Below, piece by piece: positions 40,930 through 49,499 of a DNA stretch of 64,000 bases. Made by a program: the position numbers and the translations under genes. The stretch is from Bacteroidetes bacterium CG12_big_fil_rev_8_21_14_0_65_60_17. Lineage in GTDB: Bacteria > Bacteroidota > Rhodothermia > Rhodothermales > UBA10348. The notes under the pieces are model-generated. The model had not been told where the DNA came from. It ran no database searches and saw nothing but the letters and a program-made list of their open reading frames with translations. The number at the start of each line of letters is the position of its first letter. The first letter of the stretch is position 1. Where the stretch lies: the NCBI GenBank assembly GCA_002787815.1, contig PCUY01000057.1:69930-133929 (forward strand), written 5' to 3'.

Positions 40930-41871
40930 TCAGGCGGTAGTGGGTAAACCGAGTGTTACACCCAGGTGGTTCAGGCCCCGGACCAACATTCGGGGCTGCC
41001 ATCCGAGTTCCGACTGTGCTTTGAGTATGATGAAGCCGGACCGGGGGGGGCGAGCAGCAGCTTGCGTGAATGCGTGGCTGTCCGTGGGTTGGACAAGGTC
41101 GGTGCTGTAGCCGAAAACACGTGCGGTCACACGTGCCATCTCGTATACGGACATCAGCTCTCCGCCAGAGAGATTGTAAACTCCGTTTTTTCTGAAACGG
41201 ATGAGCCGCTCAACGGCGTCGGCCAGGTCTACAACGTATGTCGGTGTGCGGATGTGGTCCGTCACCATGCGAACGGTTTCACCGCGTGCGAATTTGTCAA
41301 GCAACCACAGCACGATGTTGGATCGATTCAGGTTTTCTGCTACACCGTAAACGAGTACCGTACGGGCAATTGCCCAATTCGGAAGACCCGATTTTCTGAC
41401 GTGATTCTCCGCTGCCAACTTTGATTTTCCGTAATACGATATCGGGTGTGGACGGTCGTTTTCGGTGTACGGCCCCGATTTACCATCGAACACAAAATCC
41501 GTTGACATCTGTATCAGCCGCGTGCCCTGGGCCCTGCACAGACGCGCCATGATCTCGACGGCGTCCACATTGACTTTCCAGCAGGCGTCACGGTCCGACT
41601 CGCAGGTGTCCACAGCGGTCATGGCCGCCGCGTTGACTACGACATCGGGCGTGAAATCCTCGAACACGGCACGTACCTGTTTGGCATCGGTAATATCGAG
41701 CGGGGTATAGCCGCACGATCCCCCGGAGTAGCGAGGTTCGGCCTGCAGACCCGTCGCGAGCACATCGTTACCAGGTGCCTGCCCCAGCTTGTGAACCAGG
41801 TGTTGCCCCAGAAGTCCGTTTGCCCCTGTGATAAGTATTCTTTGGAAGAGCACGTCTTGTGATAAATTCAT
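40930..41871 (-). CDS. RmlD-type NAD(P)-dependent reductase (dTDP-4-dehydrorhamnose reductase family)
   Basis: 313 aa. ILITGANGLLGQHLVHKL (Rossmann), YGKSKLAAE (YxxxK), STDFVFDG. Confidence 0.75.
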   Translation of the reverse strand: MNLSQDVLFQRILITGANGLLGQHLVHKLGQAPGNDVLATGLQAEPRYSGGSCGYTPLDITDAKQVRAVFEDFTPDVVVNAAAMTAVDTCESDRDACWKVNVDAVEIMARLCRAQGTRLIQMSTDFVFDGKSGPYTENDRPHPISYYGKSKLAAENHVRKSGLPNWAIARTVLVYGVAENLNRSNIVLWLLDKFARGETVRMVTDHIRTPTYVVDLADAVERLIRFRKNGVYNLSGGELMSVYEMARVTARVFGYSTDLVQPTDSHAFTQAAARPPRSGFIILKAQSELGWQPRMLVRGLNHLGVTLGLPTTA

Positions 41872-42338
41872 CAGAGGAAAATCCGTAGCCCGACACCGGC
41901 CAGAATACGGCCTTCAAGGTGTGGAATGACCTCCATTTCCGGCATGAGTTGCAGAACAATCCGATAGTGTTCAATTTTGAAAAATACGCCTGCCTCAGCA
42001 GCTGGGCCGAGAAAAACTGCAGAATCAGACACGCCGCCCAGAACACCGGGACCGAGATAGAATGTGAGCGGTGAGTTGTCAACGGCAGACTGGGAGAGCG
42101 AATGAATGCGCATGCCCACGAATCCGTCCGCATTGAAGCTCGAGTGGAAATCCCATGCCTTCCTGCTGGATGTTTCGTATTTGATGCTCAGTCCGGAAAA
42201 CGGTCCTACAACAGCGCCTATTTCCAGCGTCGGAAACGTTCGCGCCTTTTCAGCCGGCGTTCCGTCATCCTGTGCCTGCAGCGGCTCTGCAGACAGCAGA
42301 CCCACAAGCAGTAGACCAGAGAGGTAGGCGCGGATCAC
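41871..42338 (-). CDS. small secreted protein, probably a small outer-membrane beta-barrel
   Basis: 155 aa. Signal peptide MIRAYLSGLLLVGLLSAEPLQAQ, alternating hydrophobic strands, C-terminal GVGLRIFL. No family recognised. Confidence 0.5.
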   Translation of the reverse strand: MIRAYLSGLLLVGLLSAEPLQAQDDGTPAEKARTFPTLEIGAVVGPFSGLSIKYETSSRKAWDFHSSFNADGFVGMRIHSLSQSAVDNSPLTFYLGPGVLGGVSDSAVFLGPAAEAGVFFKIEHYRIVLQLMPEMEVIPHLEGRILAGVGLRIFL

Positions 42339-42353
42339 GGATCGAGAAGTGAT

Positions 42354-42890
42354 TCAGGCCTTGAAAGAGGCGAGGTAGTCCTGGACGTGGACGGCATCCC
42401 GGGGCTCCATGCGCCCGGACAGAAGGAGACGGAATTCACGGCGCCGTGCGGCGGCTTCATACCGTTCGTGCTCCTTCTCCGTCCCGGGAAGCAACCTGGG
42501 TACAGGTACGGGTTTGCCATCCTTTCCGACCGCAACGAATGTATAGAAAGCCCGGTTGCAGTGACGCTTTTCCGAACTCCTCGGGTTTTCCGCATACACG
42601 TTGATTTCTATTTCCATGGAGGAGCGGAATGCCCGGTTGACATGGCTCTCAAGAACAATGATTTCGGATTGGAGAATGGGTTCGTGGAATTCCACGGAGT
42701 CCACGCTGGCTGTAACACATACCATGCCTGCATGTCGCTGCGAAGAAATGGCGGCACAGACATCCATCCAATGCAATAGTCTGCCGCCCATGAGGTTACC
42801 GATACCGTTCGTGTCGTTGGGAAGAACGAGCTCACTCATGGTGCAGAGGGAACTGGACACCGGACGGCCAGCGGGTAAGGAGCCAGTCAT
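42354..42890 (-). CDS. acyl-CoA thioesterase (hotdog fold, YciA/BFIT-like)
   Basis: LVLPNDTNGIGNLMGGRLLHWMDVCAAISSQRH...VTASVDSVEFHEPI is the classic family pattern. ATGA overlap with the upstream gene (alternative start ATG 42839). Confidence 0.85.
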   Translation of the reverse strand: MTGSLPAGRPVSSSLCTMSELVLPNDTNGIGNLMGGRLLHWMDVCAAISSQRHAGMVCVTASVDSVEFHEPILQSEIIVLESHVNRAFRSSMEIEINVYAENPRSSEKRHCNRAFYTFVAVGKDGKPVPVPRLLPGTEKEHERYEAAARRREFRLLLSGRMEPRDAVHVQDYLASFKA

Positions 42891-44155
42891 GTTTTCTGCT
42901 TCTTTTTTTTGGCCGCGGGGAAGAGGATGTTGTTCAGGATGAGCCTGTAGCCCGGGGAATGCTTGTGGAGACTCAGGTCGGTGGGTTCCTCGCCCACGAA
43001 ATGCTGGTAATCTTCCGGGTCGTGCCCACCGTAAAACGTGAAGGTCCCCTGTCCATAGGTACCGTTGAGATACCGTACTTCGTCCCGTCCAGGCGCTTCC
43101 GCGAGGATCACGACATTGGGCTTGATCACGGATTTCCTGAAATTGGTTGTCTGTCCAATGAACCCTTTGATTGTAGCCACATGGTTTTGCGTCAACATCG
43201 TGGGCACCGGATCATACTTCGCGCTGAATTCGAACAACGTGAAGTAGTCTACAGCGGGGTTCCGGAGTTGAGGTGGAGGGGGCCCGGAGTCGATGTTGGA
43301 ATGCTCGTATTCCCGCGCGTTGAAAATGGGACGGAAATTCTCGAATGCCAGAGTTTTCGAGAAATCGAGATTACTGAGGGCGTCCGGGTCAATGGGGTCA
43401 TTGTCGTATTCTGCCGGAACAATATCCGTTCCGGAAGCAGCCAGGGCTATGTCAAACGTATCTGTACCGGAACACATGGCAAACAGGAATCCGCCCTCGC
43501 CGACATAGGCTTTGATTTCCTCCGCCACGGCGGCTTTCATGTCGGGGACTTTCCTGAACCCCGCGCGCCGCGCCGCTAATTCGGCTTCCCGTTGCTGCTC
43601 TATGTACCATGCGGTAGACCGATAGTTGAAAAATTTGCCGTACTGTCCCGTGAAGTCCTCATGGTGAAGATGAAGCCAATCGTAACGTCCGAGATCACCG
43701 GCCAGGACCTCTTCGTCGTAGATCATTTCGTAGGGGACTTCAGCATAGGTCAAGGCCAACAGGACAGCATCGTCCCAAGGTAATGTCTGGTCCGGGGCAT
43801 ACACAGCGATTTCAGGCGGTTTCTCAAGCCGGACCACGGATGTATTTGCGTCCTCTGATTGTACCTCAGCCATTGTCCGGGCAGCAGCGGAAGCCGAAAG
43901 GGACTCATACGAAACACCCCGGACACGCAACTCCGAGATGACCTCTCCAGACGACGGCATAAGGAACGAGCCCCCCCGGTAATTGAGGAGCCAATCTACT
44001 TCGACCGTGCGTTCGAGTGCCCAATACACGATCCCATATGCCTTCAGATGATCGGTCTGTGAGTTGTCCATGGGTACCAGAAGATCCTGGGACGAAGCGA
44101 TCCTCGGGACGGACAGAACCACGGAAAGTGTAATCCAGGTTACCAATGCTCTCAT
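42887..44155 (-). CDS. conserved secreted hypothetical protein with a poly-Lys C-terminus
   Basis: 422 aa. Signal peptide MRALVTWITLSVVLSVPRIASSQ. GGFLFAMCSGTD is reminiscent of a class-I glutamine-amidotransferase-like nucleophile elbow. Ends in FPAAKKKKQKT. Coupled (ATGA) to both neighbours. Confidence 0.6.
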   Translation of the reverse strand: MRALVTWITLSVVLSVPRIASSQDLLVPMDNSQTDHLKAYGIVYWALERTVEVDWLLNYRGGSFLMPSSGEVISELRVRGVSYESLSASAAARTMAEVQSEDANTSVVRLEKPPEIAVYAPDQTLPWDDAVLLALTYAEVPYEMIYDEEVLAGDLGRYDWLHLHHEDFTGQYGKFFNYRSTAWYIEQQREAELAARRAGFRKVPDMKAAVAEEIKAYVGEGGFLFAMCSGTDTFDIALAASGTDIVPAEYDNDPIDPDALSNLDFSKTLAFENFRPIFNAREYEHSNIDSGPPPPQLRNPAVDYFTLFEFSAKYDPVPTMLTQNHVATIKGFIGQTTNFRKSVIKPNVVILAEAPGRDEVRYLNGTYGQGTFTFYGGHDPEDYQHFVGEEPTDLSLHKHSPGYRLILNNILFPAAKKKKQKT

Positions 44156-45990
44156 ACCTGTTCTCCCCTGAGTACTCTGATGGCCATCCGGGCGTCGCTG
44201 GTCAACAGCGAGCGTGGATAGTCTGTTAAAAGACGCTCGAAAAGCTCAATGGCGCGATCTGGATCGCCCACATGGTCCCTGGCCAGTACAGCAGCCTGGA
44301 AAAGACTCCTGTCACCGAAAAAAGACATGGGGTGGATCAGCGGAATTTCGAGGTAGGCCTGCATGGCGTCATCCGTTTGACCAAGGTCGGCGAGTAATCC
44401 TGCCCGCAGGAATCGCGCATTGTCAATGATGGGATGATCCCCGAACTCGTCAATCAGGAAATTCAAGGTCATGACCGCATGATCCGTATTGCGCTGACGA
44501 CGCTCAAGCTCGGCGCGCGCGAAACGGCGCAGTGCTGTGTTCAGGGAATCCGGTCCTTTGCTCTCGTTGATGAGGACTTTGAGGCCAATGGCATCGTTCG
44601 AAACATCTGAAAAGGAGTTTTCCTGCATGGCCTCCGCCAGGGCTACTGCGGCGTCGAATTGGCCCTGATAAAAGTGAAGCTGCGCCAACTCAAGGCGGGA
44701 CGCATCGGCAAGGTCACCGGTTCTGAGACGCGTCACGAGGCGGGTAAAGCGGATACGGGCATCAGTAAGCCGATCTGTCATGATGGCAAGCTTTCCCAAC
44801 GAAAAGGCCGCTTCGTCAGCGGCACGGGTACCGGGGTACCGGGCCGTCACTTCCGACAGGATCCTTTCCGCAGACTCAAGATCTCCGAGAACGTCCTGTT
44901 GCAGGCGGCCCATACGGGTCAACACGTCCGGTACGTGAGTATGCTGGGGATAATCGATCATGAAACGTTCATATGTGGCCAGCGCTGCCGAATAGTGAAT
45001 GCGGCTGCTGTCGGGCTTCATCCTCTCATCAAGTTCGGTGGCCCACATCTCTTGCATGACACCAAGACCACGGAGGGCATCGGGAGAGGCAGGGGAGGAT
45101 GGATAGCGCCTCAGTACCTCCTCGAATGCGTTGACTGCTACATTCCAGGCCCCCCCATCGGCTGCCGTCTGGGCGAATGAAAACAGCATGGCCCCCTCTT
45201 CCTTCTCCAGACGGTCTATGGCCTGCACGACCTGGTATGCGTCCTCATATCGTTCCAGTTCCACATAGAGCATACTCAAAAGCTCTCGGTAGGAACGGTT
45301 CAGCGGATCGCGGGCAACCGCACTCTCCACCGGGGGTACAGCCGACTGAATGGACGAGGAGTCCGTCATGTATGGCCCCAAACGGCTTTTCACGAAGCTG
45401 AGTTGTCCGGGATTGCCTTCCAGTAGTCCCAGGTACTCCTCGACCGCCTTGTCAAGACGCGACGTGAGTGCATACAATTGGGCCAGGTCGGTCTGAAAAA
45501 GGTCAGCATTACCAATTTTGCGACGTCCTTTCTCCAAGACCTCAATCGCGATATCGAACAGCCGAACCTGGAGCAGCGATCGGTACACCATGAGGTAGAC
45601 CGAAGGCGATGCAGGCTGTCTGGCCAGGACCGAATCCCAGGTGGCGCGCGCGTTTGTCTCCATTCCGGCCAGAAACTGAAGTCGGCCCTTCTCTACAAGG
45701 AATACTTCAGGAGAACTGGCGCGCGACATCTGATCTTCAACCAGTGCAATGGCTTCATCGTAGCGCTTGACCTCTTCGTAAGCCTGCCTGAGCCGCTCGT
45801 AGAACACGTGAGTGCCCGGGCTGGACGCCAGAAGCTCCTTCAGCATGGGAATGGCACGGTCAAACTGACCGGCCTGCAGAAGCGATTCAGCCAATTGAAA
45901 TCGCTCTACCTCCGAATTGTCGACATCCTGGGCGGTGATCGAATGCGTGGGACATGCCAGAAGGAATATGAAAATCAGCACATGGCGCAT
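44152..45990 (-). CDS. secreted tetratricopeptide-repeat protein
   Basis: 612 aa. Signal peptide MRHVLIFIFLLACPTHSITAQ, with TPR-like repeats throughout. Confidence 0.75.
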   Translation of the reverse strand: MRHVLIFIFLLACPTHSITAQDVDNSEVERFQLAESLLQAGQFDRAIPMLKELLASSPGTHVFYERLRQAYEEVKRYDEAIALVEDQMSRASSPEVFLVEKGRLQFLAGMETNARATWDSVLARQPASPSVYLMVYRSLLQVRLFDIAIEVLEKGRRKIGNADLFQTDLAQLYALTSRLDKAVEEYLGLLEGNPGQLSFVKSRLGPYMTDSSSIQSAVPPVESAVARDPLNRSYRELLSMLYVELERYEDAYQVVQAIDRLEKEEGAMLFSFAQTAADGGAWNVAVNAFEEVLRRYPSSPASPDALRGLGVMQEMWATELDERMKPDSSRIHYSAALATYERFMIDYPQHTHVPDVLTRMGRLQQDVLGDLESAERILSEVTARYPGTRAADEAAFSLGKLAIMTDRLTDARIRFTRLVTRLRTGDLADASRLELAQLHFYQGQFDAAVALAEAMQENSFSDVSNDAIGLKVLINESKGPDSLNTALRRFARAELERRQRNTDHAVMTLNFLIDEFGDHPIIDNARFLRAGLLADLGQTDDAMQAYLEIPLIHPMSFFGDRSLFQAAVLARDHVGDPDRAIELFERLLTDYPRSLLTSDARMAIRVLRGEQV

Positions 45991-46088
45991 GTGAAGAGGC
46001 GTGTTCGGCGTGATGGGAAGCGCGCTTTAATATCGCCGGCACGGGCTGTATGTTTCCCCGACCACGCCTCCTGCCACAATTGATTGAT

Positions 46089-47249
46089 ATGCCTACCCTT
46101 GCAATTTTTGGTTCAACCGGCTCCATCGGCCGTCAGGCATTGGAGGTCCTGCGCGCATCTCCCGATACATATAGCGTACGGGTGCTCTCGGCATGGACGA
46201 ATGTGGAGCTGCTGGCCGCGCAGGCGAAGGAATTCATGCCCGAGGTCGTGGTCGTGGGGACGCCAGAGGCGGCTCGGCGTTACAGATCCTGTCGTGATGA
46301 TCTCCGTGAACATGTGCTTGTCGGGGAGGAAGGGCTGGAGGAAGCGGCGGCCTGGCCTGGTGTGGATACTATACTGTCGGCCGTGGTCGGGGCGGCGGGA
46401 CTCAGGTTGACACTCCGTGCGGTGACTCTTGGACGGCGTATTGCGTTGGCGAACAAGGAGAGTCTGGTTGTCGCCGGCGACCTGGTCATGGAAGCTGCCA
46501 AGACGTCGGGAGCAGAGATCATTCCGGTCGATTCCGAGCATGCGGCTATTTTCCAGTGCCTCGTGGGGACCTCTCCAGATGACGTGGAGCGGCTTGTGCT
46601 GACGGCGTCAGGTGGCCCGTTCCTGGGTCGCACGCGCGAGGATCTGGTTTATGTGGGGGTGGATGAAGCGATGGATCATCCCAACTGGTCCATGGGCGCC
46701 AAGATCACTGTTGACTCCGCTACACTCATGAACAAGGGTCTGGAAGTCATTGAGGCACACTGGCTTTTTGGTATTGATCCGGACCATATACATGTTGTGG
46801 TCCATCCGCAGTCCATTGTCCACTCCATGGTTGAATTCGTGGACGGTTCAACGCTTGCTCAACTGGGTCCTCCGGACATGCGCCTTCCCATCCAGTATGC
46901 CCTTGATTATCCTGTCCGGAACCGCTCGGCGTGGCCGCGGATGGACTGGACTGAATCTCATCAACTGTCTTTCATGCCGCCCGACGTGCAGGCCTTTCCG
47001 TGTCTGGCGCTGGCATTCGATGCGCTCCGAGCGGGGCCATCGGCTACCGCAGTCCTGAATGCGGCCAACGAGGTCGCTGTTGCGGCATTTCTCGATGGCC
47101 GTATTGCTTTCAATGGTATTCCTGAAGTGAACGCGAAAGTCCTTGGTCGGATGGGCCGTATCCAGGTCCATGCGCTCGAAGATCGCCTTGCGCTTGATAC
47201 GGAGGCGCGCGTGCTCACAGAGGAACTCATTGGTAAGGAAGGGAATTAG
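46089..47249 (+). CDS. dxr: 1-deoxy-D-xylulose-5-phosphate reductoisomerase
   Basis: ATG 46089 gives MPTLAIFGSTGSIGRQAL. LANKESLV, DSEHAAIFQCL, LTASGGPF, HPNWSMGAKITVDSATLMNKGLE. Confidence 0.95.
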   Translation: MPTLAIFGSTGSIGRQALEVLRASPDTYSVRVLSAWTNVELLAAQAKEFMPEVVVVGTPEAARRYRSCRDDLREHVLVGEEGLEEAAAWPGVDTILSAVVGAAGLRLTLRAVTLGRRIALANKESLVVAGDLVMEAAKTSGAEIIPVDSEHAAIFQCLVGTSPDDVERLVLTASGGPFLGRTREDLVYVGVDEAMDHPNWSMGAKITVDSATLMNKGLEVIEAHWLFGIDPDHIHVVVHPQSIVHSMVEFVDGSTLAQLGPPDMRLPIQYALDYPVRNRSAWPRMDWTESHQLSFMPPDVQAFPCLALAFDALRAGPSATAVLNAANEVAVAAFLDGRIAFNGIPEVNAKVLGRMGRIQVHALEDRLALDTEARVLTEELIGKEGN

Positions 47250-47288
47250 ACCGGGCTGCCAGTCCACATCAACCGAACGGAACCCGGA

Positions 47289-48632
47289 ATGTCGTTCATT
47301 GCCAACATGCTGTCCTACGTCGGCTGGGTTCTGCTCGCCATCATGATCCTCGTGTTCGTACATGAACTGGGTCACTTCCTCTTTGCCAAGCTTTTCAAGA
47401 TGAGGGTGGACAAATTTTCGGTGGGGTTTCCGCCGAAGGTTCTGGGTTTCACACGGGGAGATACGGAGTATGTGCTCGGTCTGACGCCACTCGGAGGGTA
47501 TGTCAAGATTGCCGGCATGGTGGATGAGAGTCTGGATACGGACAGTCTGACGTCCGAGCCGCAGGAGCATGAGTTTCGAGCCAAGCCCGTCTGGCAACGT
47601 ATTCTGGTCATTACGGGTGGGGTCCTGTTCAACATCATCCTGGCGGCCGTCATCTTTGCGGGGCTGAAGGCGACATACGGAGAAATGTATGTACCCTCGA
47701 TGGGGCCTGTGCGTGTCGATTCGGCCTCGATTGCCTACGATATCGGCATTCGGTCAGGGGACAGGATACGAGCTGTCAACGGGACTGTGGTGTCTGGAAA
47801 CCGCGCATTTTTCGGTATTCAGGAAATGCTGCTTTCCAATCCACTGCGCCTCGAGCTGGAGCGGGATGGTACATCCATCGATGTTGCAGGTCCGGCTGAC
47901 ATGATGACACGGTTGAACCGGACGGAAGGACGGTTTGGCATTTCTTTCGACCCGGCCGTTGTGGGCTCGGTCGTGGATGACTCCCCGGCTGCCAGGGCCG
48001 GAATCGTGGAGGGTGACCGGATAGTCCGCATCGACAGTACCGTGATTCGGTTCTGGAGTGACATCAGTGCGGCCGTGGCTGCGGCGGGTGGTGATGCTGT
48101 CCGTGTAGCCGTCATCCGCTCGGACGATCCGTACGCTACGGGTGCAGAGCGGAATACGATTGACATCATGGTGTCCCCGGACGAGACCAATGGGACGTGG
48201 TTGTTGGGTATAAGTCAGGTACTGGACTTCCGTGACTTCGGCCCTGTTGAAGCCGTTGGAGCAGGAATTGCGGACACCTGGGTCAATACCAGGCTGATTG
48301 CAACCAGCCTCAAGCGGGTGTTCTCGGGCCAGGACAATTTCCGGGAAAACATCGGAGGCCCTGTCATGATTGCCCGAGCCACGAAGGAAGCTGCGGACCG
48401 GGGTGCTCCCTTTTTCTGGAATATTGTGGCTGTGCTGTCGATTACGCTTGCCATCATCAATATCCTGCCGATTCCTGCGCTCGATGGTGGCCACCTGATG
48501 TTTCTCATCTACGAAGGTATTGTGCGCAAGGAACCGTCATTGAAAGTCCGTATGGTCATGCAGCAGATCGGGATGGTGATTCTGCTCCTGTTCATGGTTT
48601 TCGTCATTTTCAATGATTTCCTGAAACTGTGA
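47289..48632 (+). CDS. rseP: RIP site-2 metalloprotease RseP
   Basis: 447 aa. HELGHFLFAK (HExxH within TM1), PDZ-like middle (GDRIRAVNG, GDRIVRID), C-terminal NILPIPALDGGH. Confidence 0.9.
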   Translation: MSFIANMLSYVGWVLLAIMILVFVHELGHFLFAKLFKMRVDKFSVGFPPKVLGFTRGDTEYVLGLTPLGGYVKIAGMVDESLDTDSLTSEPQEHEFRAKPVWQRILVITGGVLFNIILAAVIFAGLKATYGEMYVPSMGPVRVDSASIAYDIGIRSGDRIRAVNGTVVSGNRAFFGIQEMLLSNPLRLELERDGTSIDVAGPADMMTRLNRTEGRFGISFDPAVVGSVVDDSPAARAGIVEGDRIVRIDSTVIRFWSDISAAVAAAGGDAVRVAVIRSDDPYATGAERNTIDIMVSPDETNGTWLLGISQVLDFRDFGPVEAVGAGIADTWVNTRLIATSLKRVFSGQDNFRENIGGPVMIARATKEAADRGAPFFWNIVAVLSITLAIINILPIPALDGGHLMFLIYEGIVRKEPSLKVRMVMQQIGMVILLLFMVFVIFNDFLKL

Positions 48633-49390
48633 GCCAGCCCGTGACTGATCTCGAGAAACAGGAGGAGATCCGGCAGAGGGGGGAGCTCCCGAGCCATGTT
48701 GCCATCATCATGGATGGTAACGGGCGCTGGGCCAGGCAGAAGGGGAAACCACGGGCACTCGGGCACCGGGCAGGCGTGGATTCCGTACGGGATGTGACGG
48801 AGGCATGTGCCGAACTGGGTATCCGGTATCTGACACTCTATACGTTCAGTACGGAGAACTGGAATCGTCCATCGCACGAAGTGGATGCCCTCATGAGCCT
48901 TCTTATCAAATCCCTCGAGAGGGAGGCTGCAACACTCCATGACAATGACATCCGATTGGTATCCATCGGTGACCGGGATGCTCTTCCCCCGGCGGCCCGG
49001 GAGCGATTGGACTCTGTTTGCGATGCAACGAAAGAGAATGCGGCCATGACACTTGTGCTCGCACTGTCGTATTCCGGACGGTGGGAAATTCTTCAGGCGG
49101 CCCGCAGCTTTGCATTCGAAGTGGAGGCAGGACGGAAAAACGCCACCAACCTTGACCAGGCCATGTTTCAGTCCTGTCTGTCCGATCCTGGCCTTCCGGA
49201 CCCGGATCTGCTCATCAGGACGGGTGGTGAGAAAAGAGTATCCAATTTTCTGTTATGGCAGTTGGCGTATACCGAATTGTACTTCTCCGATGCGTTTTGG
49301 CCTGACTTCAGGCGCACACACCTCTACGAAGCCATAGAGGACTTCCAGGACCGGGACCGCCGGTTTGGGCGTGTGGAAAACGCCGGATAG
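48629..49390 (+). CDS. uppS: undecaprenyl diphosphate synthase (cis-isoprenyl transferase)
   Basis: 253 aa, GTG start overlapping the rseP stop (GTGA). HVAIIMDGNGRWA, TLYTFSTENWNRP, IRTGGEKRVSNFLLWQLAYTELYF. Confidence 0.9.
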   Translation: MSQPVTDLEKQEEIRQRGELPSHVAIIMDGNGRWARQKGKPRALGHRAGVDSVRDVTEACAELGIRYLTLYTFSTENWNRPSHEVDALMSLLIKSLEREAATLHDNDIRLVSIGDRDALPPAARERLDSVCDATKENAAMTLVLALSYSGRWEILQAARSFAFEVEAGRKNATNLDQAMFQSCLSDPGLPDPDLLIRTGGEKRVSNFLLWQLAYTELYFSDAFWPDFRRTHLYEAIEDFQDRDRRFGRVENAG

Positions 49391-49499
49391 GGACGTCGAT
49401 TGGCACTCCAATAAAGGAAACCCACCCGGCTCGCCTGCCGTTAGGCCCATTCACTGATCACCTTAACTGCTTCGCCTCATCATCCAGTCTGTTCACTAC

